Below, one piece after another: positions 17,297-26,499 of a stretch of DNA of 30,501 nucleotides (its first letter is position 1; every line of letters begins with the position of its first letter). A program made the position numbers and the translations under genes. The notes under the pieces were generated by a model that saw only the letters and a program-made list of their open reading frames with translations, made no database searches and was not told where the DNA came from. This DNA is from Bdellovibrionota bacterium. Its GTDB lineage: Bacteria; Bdellovibrionota_C; UBA2361; JBIKWN01. Location: contig JBIKWN010000029.1 in NCBI GenBank assembly GCA_044356295.1, positions 1 through 30,501 on the forward strand, written 5' to 3'.

Positions 17297-18862
17297 ATGA
17301 AGATTCGATTCGTTGAAAGCTCATCAAGTCAACATCAATCTCTGCAACATAAGTCGCAGGAATTTGAAGCTCAGGAACTCATTATTGGACGTGGAGGGCG
17401 GAGCACTCTTGTCATTACTCATCGCTCCCTTTCACTTGAACATGTTTCTTTAACTGAATCTGCTAATGGTTTAGAGGTTAAAGATCTAGGTAGTCTCACT
17501 GGTATCCAGCACAATGGACGTATCGTTCGTCAAGCGGTGCTGCAACATAACGATACCTTAACCCTTGGATCATTTGAGTTACAAATCTATTTTGAATCAG
17601 GTGTCTGGATACTTCATCATGAAAAAACTGAAGATGAAATTTCAGATGTCAGTGCGTTAACGTCGAGATTACATATCCTTAGTTATCTTCCTCCGGTGAC
17701 TCGACTTTCTTTGTACGTCGTTATTGTAATTGCTTTTATTTATATTCTTCTGCCTTTACTCTCAAAAAAATCGATTGAGACTCATTCGGTAGGTTCTTTG
17801 ACTAAACATCACTCATTTTTGGCACATGATTGCGCTGCGTGTCATACAAATTCTTTTCAACCAGCTTCTGATAAAGGGTGCCTTGATTGCCACTCGGTCG
17901 GCACTCACTACGATAGTAAACAAGAGAAACTTAGTAGTTTTGCCCCACATAATCTTAATGGAGATAAAAACTGTCTTTCATGTCATTCAGAGCACAAAGG
18001 TCATGTTACCTATGACGACAATAGGAATTGCACGAGTTGTCATGCAAACATTGAATCTATAAACGATATAAGTCTTAAGAATGTAGAGTCTTGGTTAACG
18101 CATCCAGAATTTTCAGTAAAACAAGATAAAGGCGAAATAAAACTGAATCATCACGTTCATTTGAAAGAGGGACTTCGCGGTGACAAAGGTCCAGAAACTT
18201 TACAATGCTCGAGTTGTCATACCCTTGATGACAATGGTACCCGCATGAAACCGATAACCTATGAAACGAATTGTTCACGTTGTCATAGTCTAGAATTTAG
18301 CGAAAGATTGCCAGGCAAGGTGGTGCCACATGGTGATGCTGATGAAGTGATACGTTATTTGCAGCAAAACTTTGCAGAAGCTGCGCTGGACCGTACTTCA
18401 GCACCAGCGAAGGGTGATAGCGACCGACTTATTCCATTGCAAAAACAAAATGAACTTCTCTTTGAACAGCAGTCTGTTATCAAAGAAGTGAATGATACTT
18501 CAAAAATAGTTTTTACCAAGACTGGTTGCGCACTGTGTCATACAGTTTCTGAAGTTATGTCGACAGATTCAAAACTACCAACAAAGTACGAAATCAAAAA
18601 AGGTGCTATTCAAAACGAGTGGCTTTCAAAATCAACATTTGCGCACAGTCAACATGGTCAAATTGATTGCAATAGTTGTCATAAAGATGTGCAAATTTCT
18701 AAATCTTCAAAAGATGTATTAATGCCGAAAAAGTCAGATTGTCTCGATTGTCATGCAAAATCAGAATCGCTATCAAGTTGTATAACTTGTCACAATTTTC
18801 ACGATGAACAGCCACTCAATCTTTTGATGAGCCCAACATTTCGAAAGGATGCTAATAAATGA
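17297..18862 (+). CDS. FHA domain - TM helix - decaheme c-type cytochrome
   Basis: FHA pattern IIGR...LSLEH...VKDLGSLTG...NG...L...D.L.LG; TM LYVVIVIAFIYILLPLL; ten CxxCH (CAACH, CLDCH, CLSCH, CTSCH, CSSCH, CSRCH, CALCH, CNSCH, CLDCH, CITCH). Confidence 0.88.
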   Translation: MKIRFVESSSSQHQSLQHKSQEFEAQELIIGRGGRSTLVITHRSLSLEHVSLTESANGLEVKDLGSLTGIQHNGRIVRQAVLQHNDTLTLGSFELQIYFESGVWILHHEKTEDEISDVSALTSRLHILSYLPPVTRLSLYVVIVIAFIYILLPLLSKKSIETHSVGSLTKHHSFLAHDCAACHTNSFQPASDKGCLDCHSVGTHYDSKQEKLSSFAPHNLNGDKNCLSCHSEHKGHVTYDDNRNCTSCHANIESINDISLKNVESWLTHPEFSVKQDKGEIKLNHHVHLKEGLRGDKGPETLQCSSCHTLDDNGTRMKPITYETNCSRCHSLEFSERLPGKVVPHGDADEVIRYLQQNFAEAALDRTSAPAKGDSDRLIPLQKQNELLFEQQSVIKEVNDTSKIVFTKTGCALCHTVSEVMSTDSKLPTKYEIKKGAIQNEWLSKSTFAHSQHGQIDCNSCHKDVQISKSSKDVLMPKKSDCLDCHAKSESLSSCITCHNFHDEQPLNLLMSPTFRKDANK

Positions 18863-20706
18863 ATGTAACAAGAATTGTTTTTTTACTTGTTCTTATCTCT
18901 TCTTTGAACAGTTGTGGAGGAGGCGGAGGGTCTTCAGGTGGCGGCAATGATGGTGCTTGTGATGGATCATGTGCAAATCAATCATTGAGTGTTGGTGATA
19001 TTGAAGCAATTGTTGGTCGTGCAACGAAAGCTGCGGCAGGTATGAGTGCTCCTGCTATTATTTCAATCGTAGATAGAGTAGGTCATGTACTCGCTGTGTA
19101 TCAGATGTCTGGCGCGTCAGCTACGACACGAATCGATGGTCAAGTGGGTGCTTCTGGCGGATTGGAACAGGCAGTAGTACCTGCTGTATTAGCTGCTATT
19201 TCAAAGGCTGGCACGGGTGCTTATCTTAGTAGTCAGGGAAATGCATTCTCAACTCGAACTGCAAGTCAGATCGTTCAGGAAAATTTTCTTCCTGGTGAAT
19301 CAAGACAACCTGGTGGTCCTTTATTTGGGGTTCAGTTTTCTCAATTACCTTGTAGTGATCTAATGAATAGAAATGCAGCCGGTCCGAAGCCGCTTCCTCT
19401 TGGTTTAGCGGGCGATCCAGGTGGAATACCACTATATAAAGAAGGTGATCTTGTTGGTGGCGTAGGTATCGAACTTAATGGTCTTTATACTGTCGACCGA
19501 GATATTCGCGGCGTCGATGCTGATAATAGAGAAGAAGAGATTGCTTTAGCTGCCGCATTTAAATTTCAAGCACCATCAAACCGAAGAGCAGATCAAATAT
19601 TTGCAGGTGGAAAAACCCTACGATTTACTGATGCAGATTATCCATCAACCGATCCAGTTAATGATGGAGAAGTTACTCCATCTGGTGGAAGTTATACACC
19701 AGTAGCAGGTTTTTTTAATGGTTCTGTTCGTGCTGGAGTTGTGTTTGGAACTCCTGAAAGTGGAATTCTCAAAACAGTTCGTGCTGGTTCAGCTGCCGCA
19801 ATTCTTGCAAGTGTTGGTGATGGCAGTAGGAATGGAGCTTCACTTGGCGGTAGTGAAATTCGGGCAGATGAAGTATCTGCTCTTTTAGATAGCGCGCTTC
19901 TCACAGCTGATCGAGCGCGAGCTGCAATTCGTCGTCCACTTGATACAAGAGCACGTGTTTCAATATCAGTTGTCGATCAAAATGGAACATTATTAGGATT
20001 AACTCGTTCAGAAGATGCTCCAGTGTTTGGCTTAGATGTGTCATTGCAAAAAGCTAGAACTGCTGCATTTTTTAGTAGTCCAGGAGCATCCGCAAAACTT
20101 GCATCATTTGGAGGATATGCAAATTCATCGAAATCATTTGCGGGAAGAGATCTGTTTAACGGAAGTATAGCAGTCACTGCACGGGCTATAGGAAATATGT
20201 CTCGACCATTTTTTCCTGACGGTATTAATGGAAATGGAAATGGACCGTTATCTTTACCATTTCCTGGAAGTGCTGGTGGTTCATCATGGAGTCCTTTTAA
20301 TACCGGACTACAACTAGATTTAATTTTTTCTGCTGTTGTTGCTCCACTTTCCGGAAACATTCCTGGCAGCTGTTCTAGTGGAAGTATTGGAAGGGCGCTT
20401 GCGAATGGAATTCAGATTTTTCCAGGAGCGGTTCCCTTATACCGTGGTACGACACTAATTGGTGCAATTGGAGTATCAGGTGATGGTATTGATCAAGATG
20501 ATATGATCTCGTATTTCGGAGCAAGCCGTGAAGGACTCACTTTTGCTGGGCACCCAAATATTGGCGATTCAACCCTTGGTTTTAATGCACCGTATGAAAT
20601 GCGAATAGATAAAGTCGATCTCAGTTCAACTGATACGCAGCTTCGATATGTAAGTTGTCCAGAGGGTCCTTTTATAGAGGATAATGGTCAAAATGTTTGT
20701 AAATAA
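18859..20706 (+). CDS. Lipoprotein with two GlcG/HbpS-like (heme-binding family) domains
   Basis: Lipobox LNS-C followed by a Gly/Ser linker. Repeat 1: ISIVDRVGHVL, SKAGT, GGIPLYKEGDLVGGVGI. Repeat 2: ISVVDQNGTLL, QKARTA, GAVPLYRGTTLIGAIGVSG. Confidence 0.8.
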   Translation: MNVTRIVFLLVLISSLNSCGGGGGSSGGGNDGACDGSCANQSLSVGDIEAIVGRATKAAAGMSAPAIISIVDRVGHVLAVYQMSGASATTRIDGQVGASGGLEQAVVPAVLAAISKAGTGAYLSSQGNAFSTRTASQIVQENFLPGESRQPGGPLFGVQFSQLPCSDLMNRNAAGPKPLPLGLAGDPGGIPLYKEGDLVGGVGIELNGLYTVDRDIRGVDADNREEEIALAAAFKFQAPSNRRADQIFAGGKTLRFTDADYPSTDPVNDGEVTPSGGSYTPVAGFFNGSVRAGVVFGTPESGILKTVRAGSAAAILASVGDGSRNGASLGGSEIRADEVSALLDSALLTADRARAAIRRPLDTRARVSISVVDQNGTLLGLTRSEDAPVFGLDVSLQKARTAAFFSSPGASAKLASFGGYANSSKSFAGRDLFNGSIAVTARAIGNMSRPFFPDGINGNGNGPLSLPFPGSAGGSSWSPFNTGLQLDLIFSAVVAPLSGNIPGSCSSGSIGRALANGIQIFPGAVPLYRGTTLIGAIGVSGDGIDQDDMISYFGASREGLTFAGHPNIGDSTLGFNAPYEMRIDKVDLSSTDTQLRYVSCPEGPFIEDNGQNVCK

Positions 20707-22411
20707 AATATACAGACTATTATATTGCCTTACTGTATTTTTTGTCGTCCACGCACCTGTTGTGTCTTCTCAAGAGCAACAGATCCCTGGAAAAGATACA
20801 CCTAAATTTCCATTCAGTATTTATGAATCACTACCAGAAGCTGCTAGTTCAACAGAATTTATTCCAGTCCCTGATCGTTGGAGACAATTTTATAAAAGTC
20901 GCTGGTTTGATCCTTATAATCAGAATGTTTTAAAAGGCGATATCCCAGTATTTGGAACTCCAGGGCATGAGTGGTTTTTTGAAGCCAACCTTACTTCAGA
21001 TACAGGTTATGAATTCCGACGTACTCCATTACCAGTCGGTTTTGCGGCGACAGAGCGCCCAAGCAGTCTTAATACTTTCGGAAAGTTTAGTCAGCATGGA
21101 TTTAACCAAACTCTTTTTTCTTCCTTCTCATTGATCAGAGGAAATACTTCATTTATGCCACCTGAGTATGAATTTAGAGTTGCTCCTGCATTTTCAGGAA
21201 ACTTTGCAAATCTACAGGAAGTAGGAGGCGTGCGCGTTGATCCGGATCGTGGTGATAATCGAAATGATTCGCATTTTGGGTTTCAAGAACTATTTGCAGA
21301 TATCCATCTAGCTAATCTGACTGACCGTTATGATTTTATTTCCAGTCGAATCGGTATACAAAAATTCAATAGTGATTTCCGCGGGTTTATATTTTCAGAT
21401 GAAACACCAGGAGTTCGACTCTTTGGAAATTACGATAATAACCTTTGGCAATATAACCTTGGATGGTTTTCAAGATTAGACAAAGATACAAACTCTGGTT
21501 TGAATGAAATTTTCAATCAACGCCATGAACAAGTTCTTGTCGCCAACCTCTATAGGCAAGATGCTCTTTTTGTTGGTCATACTATTCAAGGGAGTGCAAT
21601 TTATCGAGCTGATACTGCAGGTGATTCAGGACTTGAGTATGATAATAATGGAGCACTCGTTCGACCAGCATCAATTGGTGATCAACGATTTAAGAATATT
21701 TATTCAACGTATTTAGGTCTCAATGCTGATGGTCATATTGACCGCGTTAATACCACATCAGCTTTTTATTATGTATTTGGTAGTGAAAGTCATAATCAGA
21801 TAGCAAGGCAAGAAACCGATATATCAGCCTTTATGGTTGCTCAAGAATTATCATACGATATTGATTGGATCCGTGTTCGTGGTTCGTTTCTCTGGGCATC
21901 TGGTGACGATAATCCTTTTGATAATAAAGCGACTGGATTTGATGCGATTTTTGATAATCCTAATTTTGCAGGTGGAGATATCTCTTTTTGGCAACGCCAA
22001 GGTATTCCATTGATTGGTGGTGGAGGAGTAAACCTTGTAAATCGTGGAAGTTTGCTTCCAGATCTACGCCCAGGTAAAGAACAAGGACAATCAAATTTCG
22101 TTAATCCTGGACTGCTGCTTTATAATGTTGGCGTAGATTTTGAGCTGACACCAAAATTAAAATTGATAAACAACCTTAGTTTTTTACAGTTCGATACTAC
22201 GGAAGTATTACAAGCTCTCCGTCAAGATGGCTCAATTAGTAGTAATATTGGTTACGATGTTTCTTCAGGGATTCTCTATCGACCATTCTTAAATAATAAT
22301 GTTCAGATACGAGCTGGAGTGGCTGCATTAATTCCTGATAGTGGAGTTGAAAATCTATTCGGTGATAGAACTCTTTTAAGCGTTTTCTCTAATTTGATAT
22401 TACAGTTCTAA
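20693..22411 (+). CDS. Putative outer-membrane beta-barrel protein
   Basis: Signal peptide; many amphipathic aromatic-rich strands (WQYNLGWF, YLGLNADG, VRGSFLWASGD, YNVGVDF, VQIRAGVAAL); ends in NLILQF (terminal Phe). Start could be 20684 or 20693. Confidence 0.7.
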   Translation: MFVNKIYRLLYCLTVFFVVHAPVVSSQEQQIPGKDTPKFPFSIYESLPEAASSTEFIPVPDRWRQFYKSRWFDPYNQNVLKGDIPVFGTPGHEWFFEANLTSDTGYEFRRTPLPVGFAATERPSSLNTFGKFSQHGFNQTLFSSFSLIRGNTSFMPPEYEFRVAPAFSGNFANLQEVGGVRVDPDRGDNRNDSHFGFQELFADIHLANLTDRYDFISSRIGIQKFNSDFRGFIFSDETPGVRLFGNYDNNLWQYNLGWFSRLDKDTNSGLNEIFNQRHEQVLVANLYRQDALFVGHTIQGSAIYRADTAGDSGLEYDNNGALVRPASIGDQRFKNIYSTYLGLNADGHIDRVNTTSAFYYVFGSESHNQIARQETDISAFMVAQELSYDIDWIRVRGSFLWASGDDNPFDNKATGFDAIFDNPNFAGGDISFWQRQGIPLIGGGGVNLVNRGSLLPDLRPGKEQGQSNFVNPGLLLYNVGVDFELTPKLKLINNLSFLQFDTTEVLQALRQDGSISSNIGYDVSSGILYRPFLNNNVQIRAGVAALIPDSGVENLFGDRTLLSVFSNLILQF

Positions 22412-25400
22412 ATGAGAAAGTTTTTTCTGCTTATAGTGCTTTATCTACTCACGATAGTGAGTACATCGCAGATTTATGCTGAAGATCAAATAAAGCCTGG
22501 TTTGACAGAAGAGCATGTTAAAAAACAAAGTGACGGCTGTATTAGTTGTCATACGACGACTGATGCTTTTAGCATGCATAAAAATCCAGCAGTACACATC
22601 GGTTGTGCAGATTGTCATGGTGGTAATCCAGAAATTTTTGGGAGTAATCTTACACCTAAAAGCGAGGGCTATATCGCTAAAATGGAAGAAGCCCATGTAC
22701 TTCCTAAAAATAAAGAACTATGGAAGACATCAAGGAATCCAGAAAATAGTTACGCCGATCTTTTAAAGGAATCGTATGAGTTTGTGAAATTCATAAATCC
22801 AGGAGATTTACGAGTCAACGTTGAAACCTGTGGTGGTTGTCACGGACAAGTAGTTGATGCAGTACCAAAAAGTTTAATGTCAACAAGTGCAATGCTTTGG
22901 GGTGGGGCCTCATATAATAATAATATTCTTCCATTTAAAAAATATGTTTTAGGTGAATCCTACGATCGTGATGGAAAACCACGCGAAATTGTTGCAGATA
23001 CTCCAACAGATGCTGAAGCAAAACGTGGTGCCTTGAAAAAATTAGTTCCTCTTCCGCAGTGGGAAGTTACGACTCCAGGGGATATATTTAGAGTTTTTGA
23101 ACGGGGTGGATTATTCATTAAATCCCAATTTGCCGAAGTTGGTATTCCCAATCCATTTGAAGATCCGGGTAAGCCAGATATTAAAGCTTCTAACCGTGGT
23201 CCTGGTACTGGTGGACGTATCTCTGTGCCGGTATTAAATATTCATAAAACTCGCTTAAATGATCCACATCTTTCATTAATGGGAACAAATGATCATGCTG
23301 GTGATTACCGAAGTAGTGGGTGCACTGGTTGTCATGTTATTTACGCCAATGACAGAGATCCTAGGCATTCTGGACCATACAGTCAGTATGGCAATGAAGG
23401 TAAATCACAAACTGTCGATCCGACGATCGATAAAAATGAAAGTGGTCACCCTATAAAACATGAATTCTCGCGGGCAATTCCTACGAGTCAATGTATGGTG
23501 TGTCATATGCATCAGCCGAATATGTTCGTGAACTCATACCTTGGCTATACAATGTGGGATTACGAAACAGGCGCGGATCTTATGTGGCCAAAGAAACAAA
23601 AGTATCCTACCGACGAAGAAAAATTTGAGACGATGCTTCATAACCCCGAAGCTGCAGCAGCTCGTGGTAATTGGAGCGATAAAGATTTCCTAAAAACTCT
23701 TTGGGAGTTAAATCCAAAAGTGAAGGATACTCAGTTTGCTGATTATCATGGACACGGTTGGAATTTTAGAGCAATTTATAAACGCGATCGAAAAGGTCAT
23801 CTATTAGATGAGAATGATAAAATAGTTTCTCCCGATGATCCGAAACGATTTAAAAAAGCAGTACATCTTGCAGATATTCATGTTGATAAAGGTTTACAGT
23901 GTATGGACTGTCACTTTTCTCAAGACGGACATGGTGATGGGAAAATATATGGTGAAGTTGCACAGCAAGTCGAAATTCAGTGTCAAGACTGCCACGGTAC
24001 TTTAAAAGAGAAAGCAACACTTCGCACCTCTGGTCCAGCAGCCCCTGAAGGAGGGCGAGATCTTTCTTTAATGAGAACCGGTTTCGGTGAAGCAAGGTTT
24101 CAGTGGAGAAATGGTGATCTCTATCAACGATCAAGTGTCACACCTGGTCTTGAATGGAGAGTCAGTCAAGTTCGAGACAGCATTAATCCGAAGAGCCCGT
24201 TCTATAATAAAAAATCTGCCCGCGCAAAAACTGTTGAACGGTATCAAGAAGGGCAAAGTAAAGAGAAGTGGGGTGACCTATCTAAGATTGATGGTTCACC
24301 TGATCTGAAAAAAATACTCGCACACGCAGATGATAAAATGTCATGTTTTACCTGTCATAGTTCATGGGTAACAAGTTGCGGGGGGTGCCATCTTCCAATT
24401 GAAGCAAACTGGAAAGCAAAATCAAAACACTATGATGGTAAAGAAACCAGAAATCTTGCCACGTATAATCCGCAAGTTGCTCGTGATGATATGTTTCAAC
24501 TTGGTATTCATGGTCCAGCTAAGGATGGAAAAATTGTTCCTGTTCGTTCTTCTAGTGCTCTTGTCTTAAGTTCAACTGATTCAAATCGCCAAAAAATATA
24601 TGTACAACAACCTCCAACTTCTGCCGGAGGGTACAGTTCGCAAGCTTTTGCTCCTCACTTCCCGCATACGGTTCGAACGAAAGAGACAAAAGGATGTACG
24701 GATTGCCATATCTCTAAAGACAACGACAACAATGCGATAATGGCGCAGCTACTTTTGATGGGAACCCAGTTTGTAAACTTCATGGGTTATCATACATATG
24801 TTGGAACCCAGAACGGTTTTGAAGCAATTCAAGTTACTGAATGGGAAGAGCCTCAAGCAGTCATTGGAAGCTATCTCCATCGTTATGCGTATCCAGATTT
24901 CTACAAGACTCATCAAGACCACAATAAAGAGTTAGAAACTTCACATACACATGAAGCAGAAGGTGGCGCTATAAACACAGTGCAGCTTCGCGGTGAGTAT
25001 CTGTATACCACAGCAGGTGAAGGTGGTTTCAGAGTTTTTGATGTGGCAAACGTTGCGAATAAAGGATTTTCAGAGCGATTAGTAACGGCTCCGTTTTCTC
25101 CACTTGGACAAGATACTCATGTTCCTTCAAAGAATGCGAAAAGTTTCTCACTTCCTACGAATATGCCTGTTGCTCCATTTAGAGAGCAATTACCCGAGAA
25201 CCTTGAAACTCCAATGCATCCAATCTATCACTATGCTGCAATTGCCGATGCTGAAGAAGGCCTAATACTTGTAAATGTTGATACTTTGCAAGATGGTGAT
25301 CCAACAAATAACTTCCTAGAACGAGCACTTACATGGAACCAAGATAATCTTTTAACAGGTGCACAATATATTACTCTTGCGGGAAGCAATGCATTTATTG

Positions 25401-26074
25401 CGACAAAAAATAAAATCATAATTCTGGATCTCGATAAACCACTCGAGCCAAAAGTTATTGTCTCGATTCCGTACGATAATCCTACTGCTGTCGCAATTCA
25501 GTTTCGTTATGCATTTGTAACTGATGCAAAAGGAATGCATGTTTTAGATATCACTACTATTAATCAACCAAGAAAAGTTGAAAAAACTATCCCCCTTACA
25601 GACGCCAGAAATATTTATCTTGCAAGAACGTATGCCTACATATCAGGCGGAAGTGACGGGATGGTCATTGTCGATATAGAAAAACCTGAAGCCCCCAAGA
25701 TATACGGAAGATTTGGAAAAGAATTTGGTTTAACAGACACAAATGACATTAAAATTGCTACGACTAATGCGTCACTGTTTGCATACGTCGCAGATGGCAA
25801 AAACGGTCTTTCAATATTCCAGTTAACCGATCCAGAACGAGTTCCTGGATTCTATGGATTTACCCCAGAAGTAAAACCTCTCCTAATTTCGCACAGAAAA
25901 ACTGAAGGTGCCGTTTTTGCAATTTCAAAACCACTTGATCGAGACCGTGCTGTTGATGAAACTGGTAATCAAGTCAGTGTATTTGGAAGAATTGGTTCCA
26001 GACCATTTAATAAGAAAGAAATGGAATCTCTATTTTTGCTCTCTGATAAACGAATATATACGGTAGAAAAATAA
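22412..26074 (+). CDS. Large exported decaheme c-type cytochrome with C-terminal LVIVD-repeat (beta-propeller) region
   Basis: Signal peptide ending near IYA-ED; ten CxxCH (CISCH, CADCH, CGGCH, CTGCH, CMVCH, CMDCH, CQDCH, CFTCH, CGGCH, CTDCH); repeats YLYTTAGEGGFRVFDV, YAAIADAEEGLILVNV, YAFVTDAKGMHVLDI, YAYISGGSDGMVIVDI and FAYVADGKNGLSIFQL. Confidence 0.88.
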   Translation: MRKFFLLIVLYLLTIVSTSQIYAEDQIKPGLTEEHVKKQSDGCISCHTTTDAFSMHKNPAVHIGCADCHGGNPEIFGSNLTPKSEGYIAKMEEAHVLPKNKELWKTSRNPENSYADLLKESYEFVKFINPGDLRVNVETCGGCHGQVVDAVPKSLMSTSAMLWGGASYNNNILPFKKYVLGESYDRDGKPREIVADTPTDAEAKRGALKKLVPLPQWEVTTPGDIFRVFERGGLFIKSQFAEVGIPNPFEDPGKPDIKASNRGPGTGGRISVPVLNIHKTRLNDPHLSLMGTNDHAGDYRSSGCTGCHVIYANDRDPRHSGPYSQYGNEGKSQTVDPTIDKNESGHPIKHEFSRAIPTSQCMVCHMHQPNMFVNSYLGYTMWDYETGADLMWPKKQKYPTDEEKFETMLHNPEAAAARGNWSDKDFLKTLWELNPKVKDTQFADYHGHGWNFRAIYKRDRKGHLLDENDKIVSPDDPKRFKKAVHLADIHVDKGLQCMDCHFSQDGHGDGKIYGEVAQQVEIQCQDCHGTLKEKATLRTSGPAAPEGGRDLSLMRTGFGEARFQWRNGDLYQRSSVTPGLEWRVSQVRDSINPKSPFYNKKSARAKTVERYQEGQSKEKWGDLSKIDGSPDLKKILAHADDKMSCFTCHSSWVTSCGGCHLPIEANWKAKSKHYDGKETRNLATYNPQVARDDMFQLGIHGPAKDGKIVPVRSSSALVLSSTDSNRQKIYVQQPPTSAGGYSSQAFAPHFPHTVRTKETKGCTDCHISKDNDNNAIMAQLLLMGTQFVNFMGYHTYVGTQNGFEAIQVTEWEEPQAVIGSYLHRYAYPDFYKTHQDHNKELETSHTHEAEGGAINTVQLRGEYLYTTAGEGGFRVFDVANVANKGFSERLVTAPFSPLGQDTHVPSKNAKSFSLPTNMPVAPFREQLPENLETPMHPIYHYAAIADAEEGLILVNVDTLQDGDPTNNFLERALTWNQDNLLTGAQYITLAGSNAFIATKNKIIILDLDKPLEPKVIVSIPYDNPTAVAIQFRYAFVTDAKGMHVLDITTINQPRKVEKTIPLTDARNIYLARTYAYISGGSDGMVIVDIEKPEAPKIYGRFGKEFGLTDTNDIKIATTNASLFAYVADGKNGLSIFQLTDPERVPGFYGFTPEVKPLLISHRKTEGAVFAISKPLDRDRAVDETGNQVSVFGRIGSRPFNKKEMESLFLLSDKRIYTVEK

Positions 26075-26075
26075 T

Positions 26076-26432
26076 ATGTTTATTAAAATCTCTGCTTATT
26101 TGCTTGCAGTAGGTGTTTGCTTGGGGGCGTTTGGAGCTCATGCTCTAAAAGCACGTTTTGGTGAATATGAATTAGGCATCTGGAATACTGCTACGCTCTA
26201 CCTTTTTATTCATTGCTTAGCTCTTCTTGTTATTACCATAGCTCAAAAAGCTGGTGTGCTTACTACTGAATCAGTCATTATTACTCAATACTGCTTTCTT
26301 TTTGGGACTTTGATTTTTTCTGGTTCTTTGTATGCTTTAGCCCTGACTGGAATCAAAATACTTGGTGCAATTACCCCGATTGGAGGGACTTTATTTATCG
26401 CTGGCTGGGTTCTGTTTGCACTTAGGTCATAA
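26076..26432 (+). CDS. DUF423 (YgdD/TMEM256) small membrane protein
   Basis: LGAFGAHAL, TA..Y..IH, G..IFSGSLY.LAL and LGAITPIGG. Confidence 0.92.
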   Translation: MFIKISAYLLAVGVCLGAFGAHALKARFGEYELGIWNTATLYLFIHCLALLVITIAQKAGVLTTESVIITQYCFLFGTLIFSGSLYALALTGIKILGAITPIGGTLFIAGWVLFALRS

Positions 26433-26499
26433 AAAAACCTGTCGTTAAAATATAAAAATGAGACTAGAATAGTACTAAGACTACTTACCTTGGTTTAGC

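Noticed and set aside
17294..22414. Readthrough fusions at the in-frame TAA-ATG junctions (17294-17299 and 22409-22414)
   Set aside because: Both fall between complete proteins. The barrel ends in a terminal Phe and the next ORF starts with its own signal peptide, so these are ordinary coupled genes, unlike the TAG at 15552.
17297..26074. Naming the cluster mtrCAB/pioAB, nrf or hydrazine synthase
   Set aside because: Two decahemes plus a barrel is only a superficial match. FHA, LVIVD, GlcG and cNMP domains are not part of those systems, and there is no CxxCK NrfA motif.
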